DNA of 63,258 bases, the filler included, from an uncultured Methanosarcinales archaeon (lineage in GTDB: Archaea; Nanobdellota; Nanobdellia; Woesearchaeales; DATDXC01): NCBI GenBank assembly GCA_964510025.1. It is 6 parts of 6 records of this genome, joined end to end, with 100 filler letters (N's around TTAATTAATTAA, not from the genome) between each part and the next. Parts side by side here need not be neighbours in the genome. Positions count along the whole stretch, not along the records: positions 47,386 to 53,999 come from CAZDZV010000027.1; positions 54,100 to 59,464 come from CAZDZV010000028.1; positions 59,565 to 63,258 come from CAZDZV010000031.1; 3 more parts are not named here. One strand, 5' to 3'. Below the pieces are notes generated by a model, which saw only the letters and a list, made by a program, of their open reading frames with translations, had not been told where the DNA came from and did not search any database. Position numbers and translations under genes: made by a program. Positions 51,001-61,044 of the stretch are shown in pieces; the first letter of the stretch is position 1, and every line of letters starts with the position of its first letter.

Positions 51001-51451
51001 GGAGTTATCCTCACTAATCTCTTAATGAGGCACAACCTCCGAAGCCAAGAACTCTTGGTTCTATCGCCAGATTAGCCAATCTGGTGAGGACCCACCACAA
51101 ACTTGCAATTAACGCTTGTGAATGTTTGCCTACCCTAAAGTCGGGCCATGATGATTAAATATCGGTGGTATATAAGTATTGTTGTTGTTCAGCCTATTAT
51201 TTTGTGTGCCAAATCTATCTTCTGTTTCGTCTACAATCAAAGGCACATATGGGCGTTTAATGATCCAAAGACTTATAAACAAGCACATAGATCATAGATT
51301 TAAGGCACATTATTAATTCGTTTGCAACGAAATGTGCCAAATGATGAGGGAAGTTAGGTGTTTCCTCAAAGAAAACAGGCATTTTCTCGACGGCATAGGG
51401 AAATAGCACATAAGTCGTCTATCAAAGATTATACGTGATCGAGAAAGCTCT

Positions 51452-51985
51452 TTATTCTTTAAGGGGTCGGCTTGTAATTGGATGTGGTGAAAGTTTTTCT
51501 GCCTTATCCCAATCAATTTCAATTTGATAGTTCCTGCCAAATTGATAGACAGCAGAAGGTTGAAATTCTCGTTGAAAATCCCTCATTGTCCCAGCCATAG
51601 TATCTTCACCAATTTTTGCAGGATCACCTTTTTCCCACTGCCTAAAATAAAAAGAAGATTCATCACCTTTCAAATTACAACGAACTCTCCAAGTTCCCTT
51701 ATACCTATCTGGCACTCTTTCATCCTCAAACACCAAAATATCTTCCAGAGCACCGGGAACCTTTTTTTGCAATTCTCCAACTGCATCTGCTTCCGGATTT
51801 GCATGAACCAATCCATAAGTATCTCGTAACCACTTCTTTTTATTTTGAAATCCTTCAGGAGTATCCCCAACATATACAAAAATTGCCTCATAAAGCGGAT
51901 TTTCAACTACTCGAGAATATCCAATTCCTAACCGATTCTCTACAACCCTTACTGCTTTATGTACTGGATTCACCACATTATGCAT
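51452..51985 (-). CDS. hypothetical protein
   Basis: 177-aa ORF with an upstream TTTAAATA box. Confidence 0.65.
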   Translation of the reverse strand: MHNVVNPVHKAVRVVENRLGIGYSRVVENPLYEAIFVYVGDTPEGFQNKKKWLRDTYGLVHANPEADAVGELQKKVPGALEDILVFEDERVPDRYKGTWRVRCNLKGDESSFYFRQWEKGDPAKIGEDTMAGTMRDFQREFQPSAVYQFGRNYQIEIDWDKAEKLSPHPITSRPLKE

Positions 51986-52232
51986 TAGGCTGGAACTAGT
52001 ATTTAAATGTTTCTATTATTTACTACTAATAAGAGACAATAATATAGAGCCGACCTTATACAACTTTTCTCGACCCTCACCGCTTCGCTCCGAGCCACGT
52101 TGCACTCTCGCCTACAGCTTGGGTGGATTAACAGGCGCCAACGATGTTAGTTTCAATCAGGAGAAGGAGCTATAAAATAAAGGGGGCAATAAAACAAAAA
52201 CTTTATTATAGGTCTTATCTATGTAGATACAA

Positions 52233-52805
52233 ATGAAGTTCAGAAACTGCTTTTCAACAAAACAAATTGGTTCTATTTTCTTTATTGTGGTGGGCTTATT
52301 TCTATTTTCTGTTAAACCTAGTGATTCATTTGAAACACTCCGTTTTATTGCTATTATGATGATCGTATTATCGGTATTACAATTTTGGAATGAATCCGTT
52401 AGAAGATATAAAATTCTAGTTCCTTATAAGAAAAATAAATATGATTCAAAAGCAGAGGAAAAAATCGCTGATTATTTCAAAAGAAAAAATATAATATATA
52501 ATCATCATCCGGAAATTAAAGTACCAAAACCTTTTTGGGTATTTACGATTCCTTTTGTGAATATTAAGCTTGAACCTGATTTTTTCCTTCCTGAATTTGA
52601 TGTCTTTGTAGAATATTGGGGCATGATAAATGATCCTGAATATAAGAAAAATAGCTATGACAAAAAGAAAAAATTATACATCGACAATGCACTGGATTGC
52701 ATATCCTTATATCCAAAAAATCTGAATAATTTAGATTTTGTTTTTACAAGTAAACTCTTGGATCTAATTAAAGAAAGAGATGGAAATTTAAGAAAATATA
52801 GATAG
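52233..52805 (+). CDS. membrane-anchored PD-(D/E)xK-like nuclease domain protein
   Basis: Two N-terminal TM; SKAEEKIADY...PDFFLP...VEYWG. Confidence 0.7.
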   Translation: MKFRNCFSTKQIGSIFFIVVGLFLFSVKPSDSFETLRFIAIMMIVLSVLQFWNESVRRYKILVPYKKNKYDSKAEEKIADYFKRKNIIYNHHPEIKVPKPFWVFTIPFVNIKLEPDFFLPEFDVFVEYWGMINDPEYKKNSYDKKKKLYIDNALDCISLYPKNLNNLDFVFTSKLLDLIKERDGNLRKYR

Positions 52806-53009
52806 TTTTCTTGCCCTTAATTCTTGTTCTTTATGTATCGCTTCCGATGCCACTTGCTATGCGATACTATCGATATCATTAACTTCCAGATTCTCTTCAA
52901 CTGGATTATATACCCAGATATAAATACTCCTGAAAAAGATATTTCGCTCATACGCCAACTATCTTTCCTAGAATGATTTATATACTGCTTCTTTTCCCGT
53001 TCAATTAAC

Positions 53010-53999
53010 ATGCAAAATATTTACGCATCAAATATTTGGAAGTTTTATCTGCTCAAATTTGTGAGCGCAATAGAGCTGACAATCTCTGTTTTTGTGCTCT
53101 ATTTGCTGGCTAACAACCTGTCGATGACACAGGTTATGCTGCTGGAGACAATATTCATTGCAGTGGTATTGGCTCTTGAAGTTCCAAGCGGAGCATTTGC
53201 AGATATTTATGGAAGAAAAACCTCAATTGCTTTGTCTTTGCTCGCAGTGGCTTTGGCCTTTGTTGTATTTGGGCTGGCAACAGATTTTTGGATATTCTTG
53301 GTTGCGCAGCTGCTGGTCGCCCTAGGCTGGTCTTTGGAATCTGGTGCTGACTCAGCCTTAATATATGATTCGCTGAAAGAAATTAAAAAAGAACGCAGCT
53401 ATGCAAAAATCTTTGGAAAAGGGAATTTTATCGCATTGTTCACCTGGTCAGGAGCAGCTTTATTGAGCGGGTTTCTTGCTGTTTATGTGGGCCATAGGCC
53501 TCTTTTCTTCATAACTGCCGCGATATTCTTGTTGGGATTTTTTGTTGCGCTCTGCTTCAAAGAACCTCCATTGCACATAAAAATTGCTGGAAAAGACTAC
53601 TTCAGGCATCTTTCCGAAGCAATAAAGTTTTCATGCAATCATAAGATTGTAAGAAATTTGATCATCTATTATGGAATGTTTGCAGCACTTGGCCATTTGA
53701 CATGGTTTTTGATCCAGCCATTTTATGGATTGGGCAGCATTGTTGGATTTGCCATATCTTTATACTTCATAACTGCTGCCCTAGGAAACTTAACTGCAGA
53801 GCATTTCATCAGAAAATTCAAAGAAGAAAAGCTGTTAATATCTTTATTGCTGGTCGCAAGTTTGTCTTTTATTGGAATTTTCTTTGTGAATAGGCTGTTT
53901 GCACTGGCCCTTATATCGCTGATGTCGTTCGCTTGCGGAGTAAGGGATATCTTTGTAAGTAAAGGTATCAATGAGCATACTGATTCTCACCACAGAGCA
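53010..53999 (+). CDS. MFS transporter (truncated at contig end)
   Basis: EVPSGAFAD.YGRK and SGADSALIYDSL motifs. Confidence 0.92.
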
Positions 54000-54099
54000 N
54001 NNNNNNNNNNNNNNNNNNNNNNNNNNNNNNNNNNNNNNNNNNNTTAATTAATTAANNNNNNNNNNNNNNNNNNNNNNNNNNNNNNNNNNNNNNNNNNNN

Positions 54100-54274
54100 G
54101 GAGAAGCTAACAGACCTTTTTCCTGGGTCTACAGGGATCAGAAGGGCCTTGAGCAAGTTCAAGCCGGATTTGCTGCTTTGCAGCCATGTGCATGAAGCTG
54201 AAGGTATTGAAGAAAAGGTTGGAAAGACTAAAGTGGTAAATGTGGGCAAAAAAGGGAAGATAATCGAGCTATAA
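54100..54274 (+). CDS. C-terminus of a metallophosphoesterase-like protein (partial)
   Basis: Manual translation ...GSTGIRRALSKFKPDLLLCSHVHEAEG...VVNVG. Confidence 0.75.
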
Positions 54275-54275
54275 G

Positions 54276-54680
54276 ATGCCAGGAGCAATAGTGCATATAG
54301 CTACAGGAATTCTGTGCGGGTTGATTGTGCACTTTATCCACTTTAAGCTGGAATACAGCCTGTCAATATTTATTGGAAATTTGCTGCCTGATGTAATAAA
54401 GTTTGGATTCACAGGAGTGACGCAAAAAAACCTAAATCCGGCGACCATCGATATACACACTGGCATTTTTCGCTTTTTGAGCGAAAAAACGTCATCATTT
54501 AATTTTTGGTTTACAATCGGTTTTTTTATTATGGGCAGTGTGTTGCTTCTGTACCATTATCACGTTATAAAGAAAAAGAAGATGGAAGAGTACGCAGAAC
54601 TGTATGGTTTCCTGCTGGTCGGTATATTAGCGCACCTTATAATGGATTTTCTGTTTATCGAGACAAGCTGGCTGATCTAG
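54276..54680 (+). CDS. membrane protein, metal-dependent hydrolase-like
   Basis: H...GNLLPD...HLIMD pattern with TM segments. Confidence 0.65.
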   Translation: MPGAIVHIATGILCGLIVHFIHFKLEYSLSIFIGNLLPDVIKFGFTGVTQKNLNPATIDIHTGIFRFLSEKTSSFNFWFTIGFFIMGSVLLLYHYHVIKKKKMEEYAELYGFLLVGILAHLIMDFLFIETSWLI

Positions 54681-56089
54681 CCTTTGATGACCCCAATAGG
54701 CTCCAGTCTTACTACTTTTGCCGAGATTCCAGAATTATGGACAGAATCAATAACATTCTCTACGTCCTTGTAAGCCAAAGGTGCTTCTTCTGCGAGGCTT
54801 TTGGGGCTTGTCGCTTTGCTTACGATGCCTTTTCGAGCCAGTTCCTGCTGTATCCTATTGCCTTTAAACTGCTTTAGTGCACCATGCCTTGACATTGCTC
54901 TACCTGCTCCATGGGCAGATGAGCCGAATGTCTTCTCCATGGCAGTCTGCGTTCCTTTTAGGATGTAGGAAGCTGTTCCCATCGAGCCAGCAAGAAGCAC
55001 AGGTATGTCCGGGAAAGACCTTGTGGCTCCTTTTCTATGCACATAGAGCGATCTCTTTTCACCGTCTACTGTGTGTTCCTCAAGCTTAACAACATTATGG
55101 CATATGCCATAAACAGTGTGCATATCCATTGCTTCCCATTCCTTCTGGAATATCTTCTCAAAAACTTCCCTGATCCACTGGGTCATAACAAGCCTGTTTG
55201 TGAAGGAATAATTAACAGCACATTTCATTGCAGCAAAATAATCCATGCCTTCCTGTGAATTTACGGGCGCGCAGGCAAGCTGCCTGTCTGGCAGCCATAT
55301 ATTGTATTTCCTTACCGCTTTTTCCTGAATTTTAAGGTAGTCTGATGCAACCTGATGGCCAAAACCTCTGCTGCCGCAATGAAGCATAATCAGAACCTGG
55401 TCTTTTCGCTCTATTTTCCATTGTTCTGCTTTTTGTCTATCAAATACATCAGATATCTTCTGTATTTCCAGAAAGTGATTTCCGGCACCTAATGTGCCAA
55501 GCTGGGGCTTGCCCCTTTTCTTTGCCATATCTGAGACTTTTGAAGGATCAGCTCCGTGCATCCTGCCGCTCTCTTCCATGTTTTCAAGGTCTTTTTTAAT
55601 GCCATAACCATTTTCAACCGCCCATTCACACCCGTTTACAAGAACCTGGTCTAAATCATCATCCTGCAGCCTAAGCTTGCCTTTCGAACCCACACCGCAT
55701 GGAACCTTGTCAAAGAGCGCTGGCACCAGCTCACTGAGCTTCTGCTTGACCTCATCATAGCTTAAGTTAGTCCGGATAGAGTTTATCCCGCAGTTTATGT
55801 CAAACCCACACAGTCCAGCAGAGATAATTCCTTGCTCAGAATCAAATGAGGCAACAGCCCCCATCGGAAGGCCATAACCAAAATGGGCATCAGGCAGTGC
55901 GCAGACAGGCTCTACAACACCGGGCAGACAACAAACGTTGCTAAGCTGCTCGATAGCCCCATCTTCTATAGCACCATATATATCCTTATTAGCTATAAGT
56001 TTTCCAGCTACATTCATCTCTTTTCTTGCTGTCTTTGGCAAAAGCCATTCATATTCATTGATTTTCTGCAATTTTTCCTTGTATACCAT
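54677..56089 (-). CDS. rtcB: tRNA-splicing ligase RtcB
   Basis: PDAHFGYG, GFDINCG, GAGNHFLE, H.GSRG, HRKGAT, HGAGR, EEAP.AYKD. Confidence 0.98.
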   Translation of the reverse strand: MVYKEKLQKINEYEWLLPKTARKEMNVAGKLIANKDIYGAIEDGAIEQLSNVCCLPGVVEPVCALPDAHFGYGLPMGAVASFDSEQGIISAGLCGFDINCGINSIRTNLSYDEVKQKLSELVPALFDKVPCGVGSKGKLRLQDDDLDQVLVNGCEWAVENGYGIKKDLENMEESGRMHGADPSKVSDMAKKRGKPQLGTLGAGNHFLEIQKISDVFDRQKAEQWKIERKDQVLIMLHCGSRGFGHQVASDYLKIQEKAVRKYNIWLPDRQLACAPVNSQEGMDYFAAMKCAVNYSFTNRLVMTQWIREVFEKIFQKEWEAMDMHTVYGICHNVVKLEEHTVDGEKRSLYVHRKGATRSFPDIPVLLAGSMGTASYILKGTQTAMEKTFGSSAHGAGRAMSRHGALKQFKGNRIQQELARKGIVSKATSPKSLAEEAPLAYKDVENVIDSVHNSGISAKVVRLEPIGVIKG

Positions 56090-56162
56090 AGAAGTTAGTA
56101 ATATCGGCCAGTTTATAAAATTTATCGATAACTTTAAATATTGATTTTCATTCTAGTAGGAT

Positions 56163-56846
56163 ATGGATAAAGCCGATGAGTTATTCAAAAGCTTTGAGAA
56201 ATACAGAAAAGGAGACGAACCAAAAAAAATGAGCCAAGGAGAGATCGTGATAAGGCTAAACAAATCTATGGTCGAAAGAATGGCCTACTGGCTTGTGATA
56301 GTAGGTCTGATCCTGGTAATAGTATTTAATCCCCTATCCAATTTAGTAAGCTGCGACTGTGAAGGGGAGAACAATATTGTCGGGGCCGCAGTAATAGAAG
56401 ATATGGATGAACCTGATCTGCCTGACAGAAATGAACAGGAAGCTGATCTGCCTGATAGCAATGAAGGGGAAGCCATGGAAGATGCTGATGAGCCGGTTGA
56501 TTCATCTGACCTGGCAGGCGACATTAAGATGGTTATAGGCTCTGTAAAAACTGAGGAAGATGAAGATGGAAATCCGCTAAAGGTCACAGAGATAAAGTTT
56601 TCGATTGATAACCAGAAAGAGGATTTCCGGCCCATGGTAAAGGTCTTCTGGTATAATGTTGGAGATGAGATGGAGAATGTTATAAGGACCTCTGCTACCT
56701 ATCCTACCTTGTCGGCCGGCTCTGCCAAGGATTATACCCTGTCAAGGTTCCAGTCGAAATACCTAAGCGGGGCTGAAAAAGTATATATCAAGCTTTACGA
56801 TGCTGATTCTGAAAACTACCTGATAAAGACAAGCAAGAGCATTTAG
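56163..56846 (+). CDS. membrane-anchored hypothetical protein with an acidic linker
   Basis: One TM, tandem DLPD.NE repeat. Confidence 0.7.
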   Translation: MDKADELFKSFEKYRKGDEPKKMSQGEIVIRLNKSMVERMAYWLVIVGLILVIVFNPLSNLVSCDCEGENNIVGAAVIEDMDEPDLPDRNEQEADLPDSNEGEAMEDADEPVDSSDLAGDIKMVIGSVKTEEDEDGNPLKVTEIKFSIDNQKEDFRPMVKVFWYNVGDEMENVIRTSATYPTLSAGSAKDYTLSRFQSKYLSGAEKVYIKLYDADSENYLIKTSKSI

Positions 56847-57253
56847 ATATCCAGGCTAACCCTGACCAAATAACCATTTTCTGTTTTTTTGAGCTTATAT
56901 TTGTAGTATGTGACTGCTTTGACCACAGTGGCCCCTAATTCAGGCCTTATGGGCTCCCCTTTAAGCCTAGCCCTTACATGGGACTTGTCAACCTCTTCGA
57001 CCTCCACTGAAGAGAAGAACATCTCTTCAACGTCAATTATCGAGATAATGCCCTGCAGCCAGTTTATCATCAGTTCCTCAAGATTTTGCCCTTTGATCTC
57101 AAATTCCTCTGTTTTCTCAGGCTTTACTTTTTTTATCTTGCAGACCACGCTGAGCATGGCCTCAGCTGCATTCTCAAAAAGCTCTTTCAGGCTGCTGCCA
57201 TATGCCTCAAACATGACATCTGACTTTATTTCGTCAAGAAATCTGTACTTCAT
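56843..57253 (-). CDS. archease
   Basis: MKYRFLD...DV.FEAYG..L.ELF.NAA, VKAVTYY, terminal LDI. Confidence 0.95.
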   Translation of the reverse strand: MKYRFLDEIKSDVMFEAYGSSLKELFENAAEAMLSVVCKIKKVKPEKTEEFEIKGQNLEELMINWLQGIISIIDVEEMFFSSVEVEEVDKSHVRARLKGEPIRPELGATVVKAVTYYKYKLKKTENGYLVRVSLDI

Positions 57254-57254
57254 A

Positions 57255-57485
57255 TTAGTATAGGATAACCTCAGGCTGCTTGTTTTCTTCCGGTTCCTCT
57301 TCTGGCTTCTCTGTCTTAGGTGCAGGGCTGTCGAAGAAATTGGCAAATCCAGTTGTGTCTTCAGATGGCTTATTCTCAAATATATTCTTAGGGACATCTG
57401 CTTTACCAACCAGATGCTGGAGCATCCTTATTACATTCCTTATATCCTGGTGAGAATCCTGCGCAGTGTCAATGGTAATCTTCAT
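57255..57485 (-). CDS. hypothetical protein
   Basis: MKITIDT..DS..DI...I..L; directly upstream of archease. Confidence 0.7.
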   Translation of the reverse strand: MKITIDTAQDSHQDIRNVIRMLQHLVGKADVPKNIFENKPSEDTTGFANFFDSPAPKTEKPEEEPEENKQPEVILY

Positions 57486-57527
57486 ATTTTCATATCAGGA
57501 TCTATGATAATATAAATTTTTTGGATT

Positions 57528-58697
57528 TTAGAGAAATTCAACAGTTATTTCAAGCTGGTCATAGGTTGGGTATTCCTCTACAACCGCGAGAAACAGATCC
57601 TTGTGCCCTATGAGCTGCTTATCCTTCCAGATATTATCCAACACATAACTGTTCACTTTATCCCTTATCTCCATGACAGTTTTTACTGAGGTCAAAAGCC
57701 TTAGTTTCCTTTTGTCTATATCCATATATTTAATCTTGAAATCTTTCCTTAACTGAGCCTTTATTTTCTTTAGTTTTTCAATATATTTTGGCTTATTAGC
57801 AGCCTTAAGCCTTTTTCTGTAGCCTATACCTGGCTTCAGGTCTTTAGTATAGATAGCTCCTCTAACCAGCGTCCCGTCTTTTGTCAGCATATCATACTCT
57901 TTTTTTATGTTCCTTGCCCTTCTTTTTATCCTGTTTGCCAGCTGCACCTTGTCTTTAAGCTTGGCTGTGCAGTAATGCACATCAAAGTTGATATTCTTTT
58001 TCTTAATAAATCTTAATAATTTTAAGGCAAGCTCTTCAGAGCCCTTTATACCGTAGGAGAGGAGATTTTTGGTCTTATAACCAAGCCTTGCCAGCTTATT
58101 TACCCTGTTGTCAGCAATCTCCAGCTCATTCAGGTTTAAGAAATCGACTTTCCTATCCAAAAAGAGGATCATATCCTTCAGCTGTCTTTCTTTCTTAGGT
58201 ATCACAGGGACTTCCACCCCAACCTTCCACTTATATTTCCTGGCAAGGGACAGCCTATTCCAGAGCCTGACATCATTGAAATCCAGATGAAACCTTATCT
58301 CATCCAGCCCAGCCCTGTAAAGCTTTTTCAGGATTTTTTCATCTATTAGATCCAGGCTTGTGTAAAGGTGAATATGGAAGCTATTTCCGAACTCTTTTTT
58401 CAATTTTCTGATATAAGCTAGGGTGCGCTTAGGTTTGCATAAGGGATCTCCGCCGGTGATGCCTGCTCCTTTTGCATCTATCAGCCTTGCTTCTTTGATT
58501 ATCTGTTTGATGTTCCTGACAGGCCACTCATCTGCATAAACAACATCTTTTTTGTATTTTTGGTCTGAAATTGGGCAGAAATAGCATGACCTGGGGCATA
58601 AGCCTGTTATAAAGAGAACCAGCTTGGCCCCTTCTACACATAGCCTGCATCCTTTTGGCAGGCTGCCTATTTTTTTTGAGAAATATCTTGTGTTCAT
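57528..58697 (-). CDS. archaeal radical SAM protein (COG2108-like)
   Basis: LPKGCRLC..GAKLVLFITGLCPRSCYFCP, GITGGDP, HIHLYT, LDEIRFH. Confidence 0.9.
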   Translation of the reverse strand: MNTRYFSKKIGSLPKGCRLCVEGAKLVLFITGLCPRSCYFCPISDQKYKKDVVYADEWPVRNIKQIIKEARLIDAKGAGITGGDPLCKPKRTLAYIRKLKKEFGNSFHIHLYTSLDLIDEKILKKLYRAGLDEIRFHLDFNDVRLWNRLSLARKYKWKVGVEVPVIPKKERQLKDMILFLDRKVDFLNLNELEIADNRVNKLARLGYKTKNLLSYGIKGSEELALKLLRFIKKKNINFDVHYCTAKLKDKVQLANRIKRRARNIKKEYDMLTKDGTLVRGAIYTKDLKPGIGYRKRLKAANKPKYIEKLKKIKAQLRKDFKIKYMDIDKRKLRLLTSVKTVMEIRDKVNSYVLDNIWKDKQLIGHKDLFLAVVEEYPTYDQLEITVEFL

Positions 58698-58879
58698 CTT
58701 AGACGTATTACTGCTCGATTATCTACAACAAAAATTTGGCTACCTTCTGGAAGCCCCAGTGATTTACGCACAGCCTCGGGTATCTCTATTGAGGTTGTAT
58801 GGATATAGCTCGCTATATGTCCTTTCCCAATATCCAGCACGGCCTGCTGATTCAGCACAGCCTTTTGTTTCATAATCAT
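58694..58879 (-). CDS. small hypothetical protein
   Basis: Overlaps the radical SAM start (ATGA); IPEAVRKSLGL.EG is AbrB-like. Confidence 0.5.
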   Translation of the reverse strand: MIMKQKAVLNQQAVLDIGKGHIASYIHTTSIEIPEAVRKSLGLPEGSQIFVVDNRAVIRLR

Positions 58880-58970
58880 CTCTACAGCGCGCCATATCTG
58901 TCAGGAAGCAGGCTGGATTTTTAAATATACCCAAATCTTTTTAAATTGCACCATATTTTGCTCTGAGATA

Positions 58971-59318
58971 ATGATCGCAGTCATTGACCAAAAAGAGCCT
59001 GGTAGAGCAATTATGCAGGCTATTGGGGGAACGCTTATCGACGCAAAAGTAGAGAGACCGGCAATAGATGTATTCCCAGATCTAGATTCTGTTCTTGGAT
59101 TGATGGAAACAGGGCAAGTAAAAGCGGTTGTTGTAGACGCAAGGGGCAGGCATATCGGACCTATGGAAGAAATATGCGAAACAGCTGCTATAGCTGAAGT
59201 ACCTTGTTATGTCATAGATCCCAACCAGGGTGAATATACCCATGCAGTCTGTGTTCCGGATGCAGTTCATGCTGCCAGAAGAATTCATCAGTCTGGCCAT
59301 TATGCTCAGAGACATTAG
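58971..59318 (+). CDS. hypothetical protein
   Basis: ORF track; upstream TTTTTAAA box. Confidence 0.6.
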   Translation: MIAVIDQKEPGRAIMQAIGGTLIDAKVERPAIDVFPDLDSVLGLMETGQVKAVVVDARGRHIGPMEEICETAAIAEVPCYVIDPNQGEYTHAVCVPDAVHAARRIHQSGHYAQRH

Positions 59319-59464
59319 CTGAAAAGTTTCTGATAGTTCATCCATATATTGTTAATAACTTCCTGCAGTTCCATCTTTTTGATTTCAGCTATCTTCCTGT
59401 AAGATTCAACCACAAAAGCAGGTTCGTTTATATTGCCCCTGAAAGGGGAAAGGTACGGCGCGTC
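59315..59464 (-). CDS. TatD family hydrolase C-terminus (partial)
   Basis: Manual translation DAPYLSPFRGNINEPAFVVESYRKIAEIKK...N...LF*. Confidence 0.85.
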   Translation of the reverse strand, partial: DAPYLSPFRGNINEPAFVVESYRKIAEIKKMELQEVINNIWMNYQKLFS

Positions 59465-59685
59465 NNNNNNNNNNNNNNNNNNNNNNNNNNNNNNNNNNNN
59501 NNNNNNNNTTAATTAATTAANNNNNNNNNNNNNNNNNNNNNNNNNNNNNNNNNNNNNNNNNNNNGTGTGATATCAATTTTATTAATAAGGCTCACTCTGC
59601 CTCACTATATGGTAATGACGATAATGACATAAACTTCATCGTAGATGGTATCTTTGTTGACGAATTATGCGGAGAAGCGCATAAC

Positions 59686-59718
59686 TCGTCATATGCGGAG
59701 AACATTATTATGCTGAGT
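59686..59718 (+). repeat. left terminal inverted repeat of the RIT element
   Basis: TCGTCATATGCGGAGAACATTATTATGCTGAGT, exact reverse complement of 63086-63118. Confidence 0.95.
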
Positions 59719-59826
59719 TGTGAGTCTATCACAGTTGATTTTGATAGCGAAATCCTCCCTTTTACTCAGCATAACAATATTCAGTTGAATATTGAGAAAC
59801 ACCCAACAACAAAGGGAGGTCTTAAA

Positions 59827-61044
59827 ATGGAAGATCAGGAACAAACCATCAGCAACCTTGTAAGTAAGGCATTGCTGTATCTGAAAACCCATAAGTATTC
59901 AGAAAAAACTATTTCTCAGCAATTTTGTCCTGTCTACAATCAACTTTTGCGTTTTGCAAAAAAGAAAAAGCAAACAAAATTTTCATTGGAATTTGGGCTG
60001 CAATTTCTTTCCTCACATTATGGGAAAAATTTAAAAGTTCAAAATCGTCAATATTATGTCAGTTTATCAAGAAAAATTCATATTCTTGATGAAATTCAGC
60101 AGTCTGGAAGAATTCTTAGCCAGCATCGCAGACCTCCCAGAGAAAATCTTAAATACCTGCAAAATGAACTCGATTTTTATTCTGCAACACTAACCCAGAA
60201 AGGACTAAGGCCAACAACCATAGAAGGGGCATATGGAACGATACGTATTTTCTTCAAATACCTTGAAGGTATTGCGATACATAATCTTGCCGACTTGAGA
60301 TCCGTACATATTTATGATTATCTTGAAGCAACAAATTTTTCAAGCGTGTCCAAAAAAGAGTCGCTTCTGTATACTTTAAGAAGTGCTCTGAAAATTTTTT
60401 GTAATGCAAAGCGATGCAGCCAGGAACTTTCAAAATTATTTCCTGTGATTTCAGTCCATTCTGAAGATCCAATTCCATCCTGTTTTTCGGCATCTGAACT
60501 CTCCCGGATTCTCTCGGTGGTTGATCGAAATACGATAGTTGGCAAACATGATTATTCGGTTCTCCTTTTTGCCATCTTATTGGGAATGCGTGCCGGTGAT
60601 ATCAGAGACCTTAACTTGGAAAACATCAAATGGAATAAGGGATTTATTGAATACACACAGTCTAAGACAGGCAAATTCGTACAACTTCCAATGCCGAAAG
60701 AACTACGACTGTCATTGCTTGATTATTTACAAAACTCTCGGCCAGAGACAGACTCAAAGCGAGTTTTTGTGCGAATGAGAGCTCCGTATACTGAGACCAA
60801 GCGAACAGTGTTTTATTGTATGCTTAATAAATATCTTAAAAAAGCCAAAATAAATATTGCCGGTCGAAAACATGGAATGCATTCTATGCGCTTTTCCGCA
60901 GCAGGCAATATGCTCTCCCTGGGAACTTCCATGGCGGTCATAAGCAATGTATTGGGACACAGCCATCCAGACACCACCAATCATTACTTAAAAATCGATA
61001 TCCCGCAACTAAGGAAAGCTGCGGTGGAGGTAACGGTATTATGA
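59827..61044 (+). CDS. RIT tyrosine recombinase A
   Basis: GMRAGDI, HGMHSMR, VLGH, HYLKID; GGAGGT RBS. Confidence 0.93.
   Translation: MEDQEQTISNLVSKALLYLKTHKYSEKTISQQFCPVYNQLLRFAKKKKQTKFSLEFGLQFLSSHYGKNLKVQNRQYYVSLSRKIHILDEIQQSGRILSQHRRPPRENLKYLQNELDFYSATLTQKGLRPTTIEGAYGTIRIFFKYLEGIAIHNLADLRSVHIYDYLEATNFSSVSKKESLLYTLRSALKIFCNAKRCSQELSKLFPVISVHSEDPIPSCFSASELSRILSVVDRNTIVGKHDYSVLLFAILLGMRAGDIRDLNLENIKWNKGFIEYTQSKTGKFVQLPMPKELRLSLLDYLQNSRPETDSKRVFVRMRAPYTETKRTVFYCMLNKYLKKAKINIAGRKHGMHSMRFSAAGNMLSLGTSMAVISNVLGHSHPDTTNHYLKIDIPQLRKAAVEVTVL

Noticed and set aside
51018..51045. Hammerhead-like TTAATGA...CGAA pattern
   Set aside because: Lacks the CUGANGA core and GAAA; better explained as part of the minus-strand leader structure
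59710..59826. Extended N-terminus of the first RIT recombinase in the ORF track
   Set aside because: Runs through the terminal repeat region; the RBS points to the ATG at 59827
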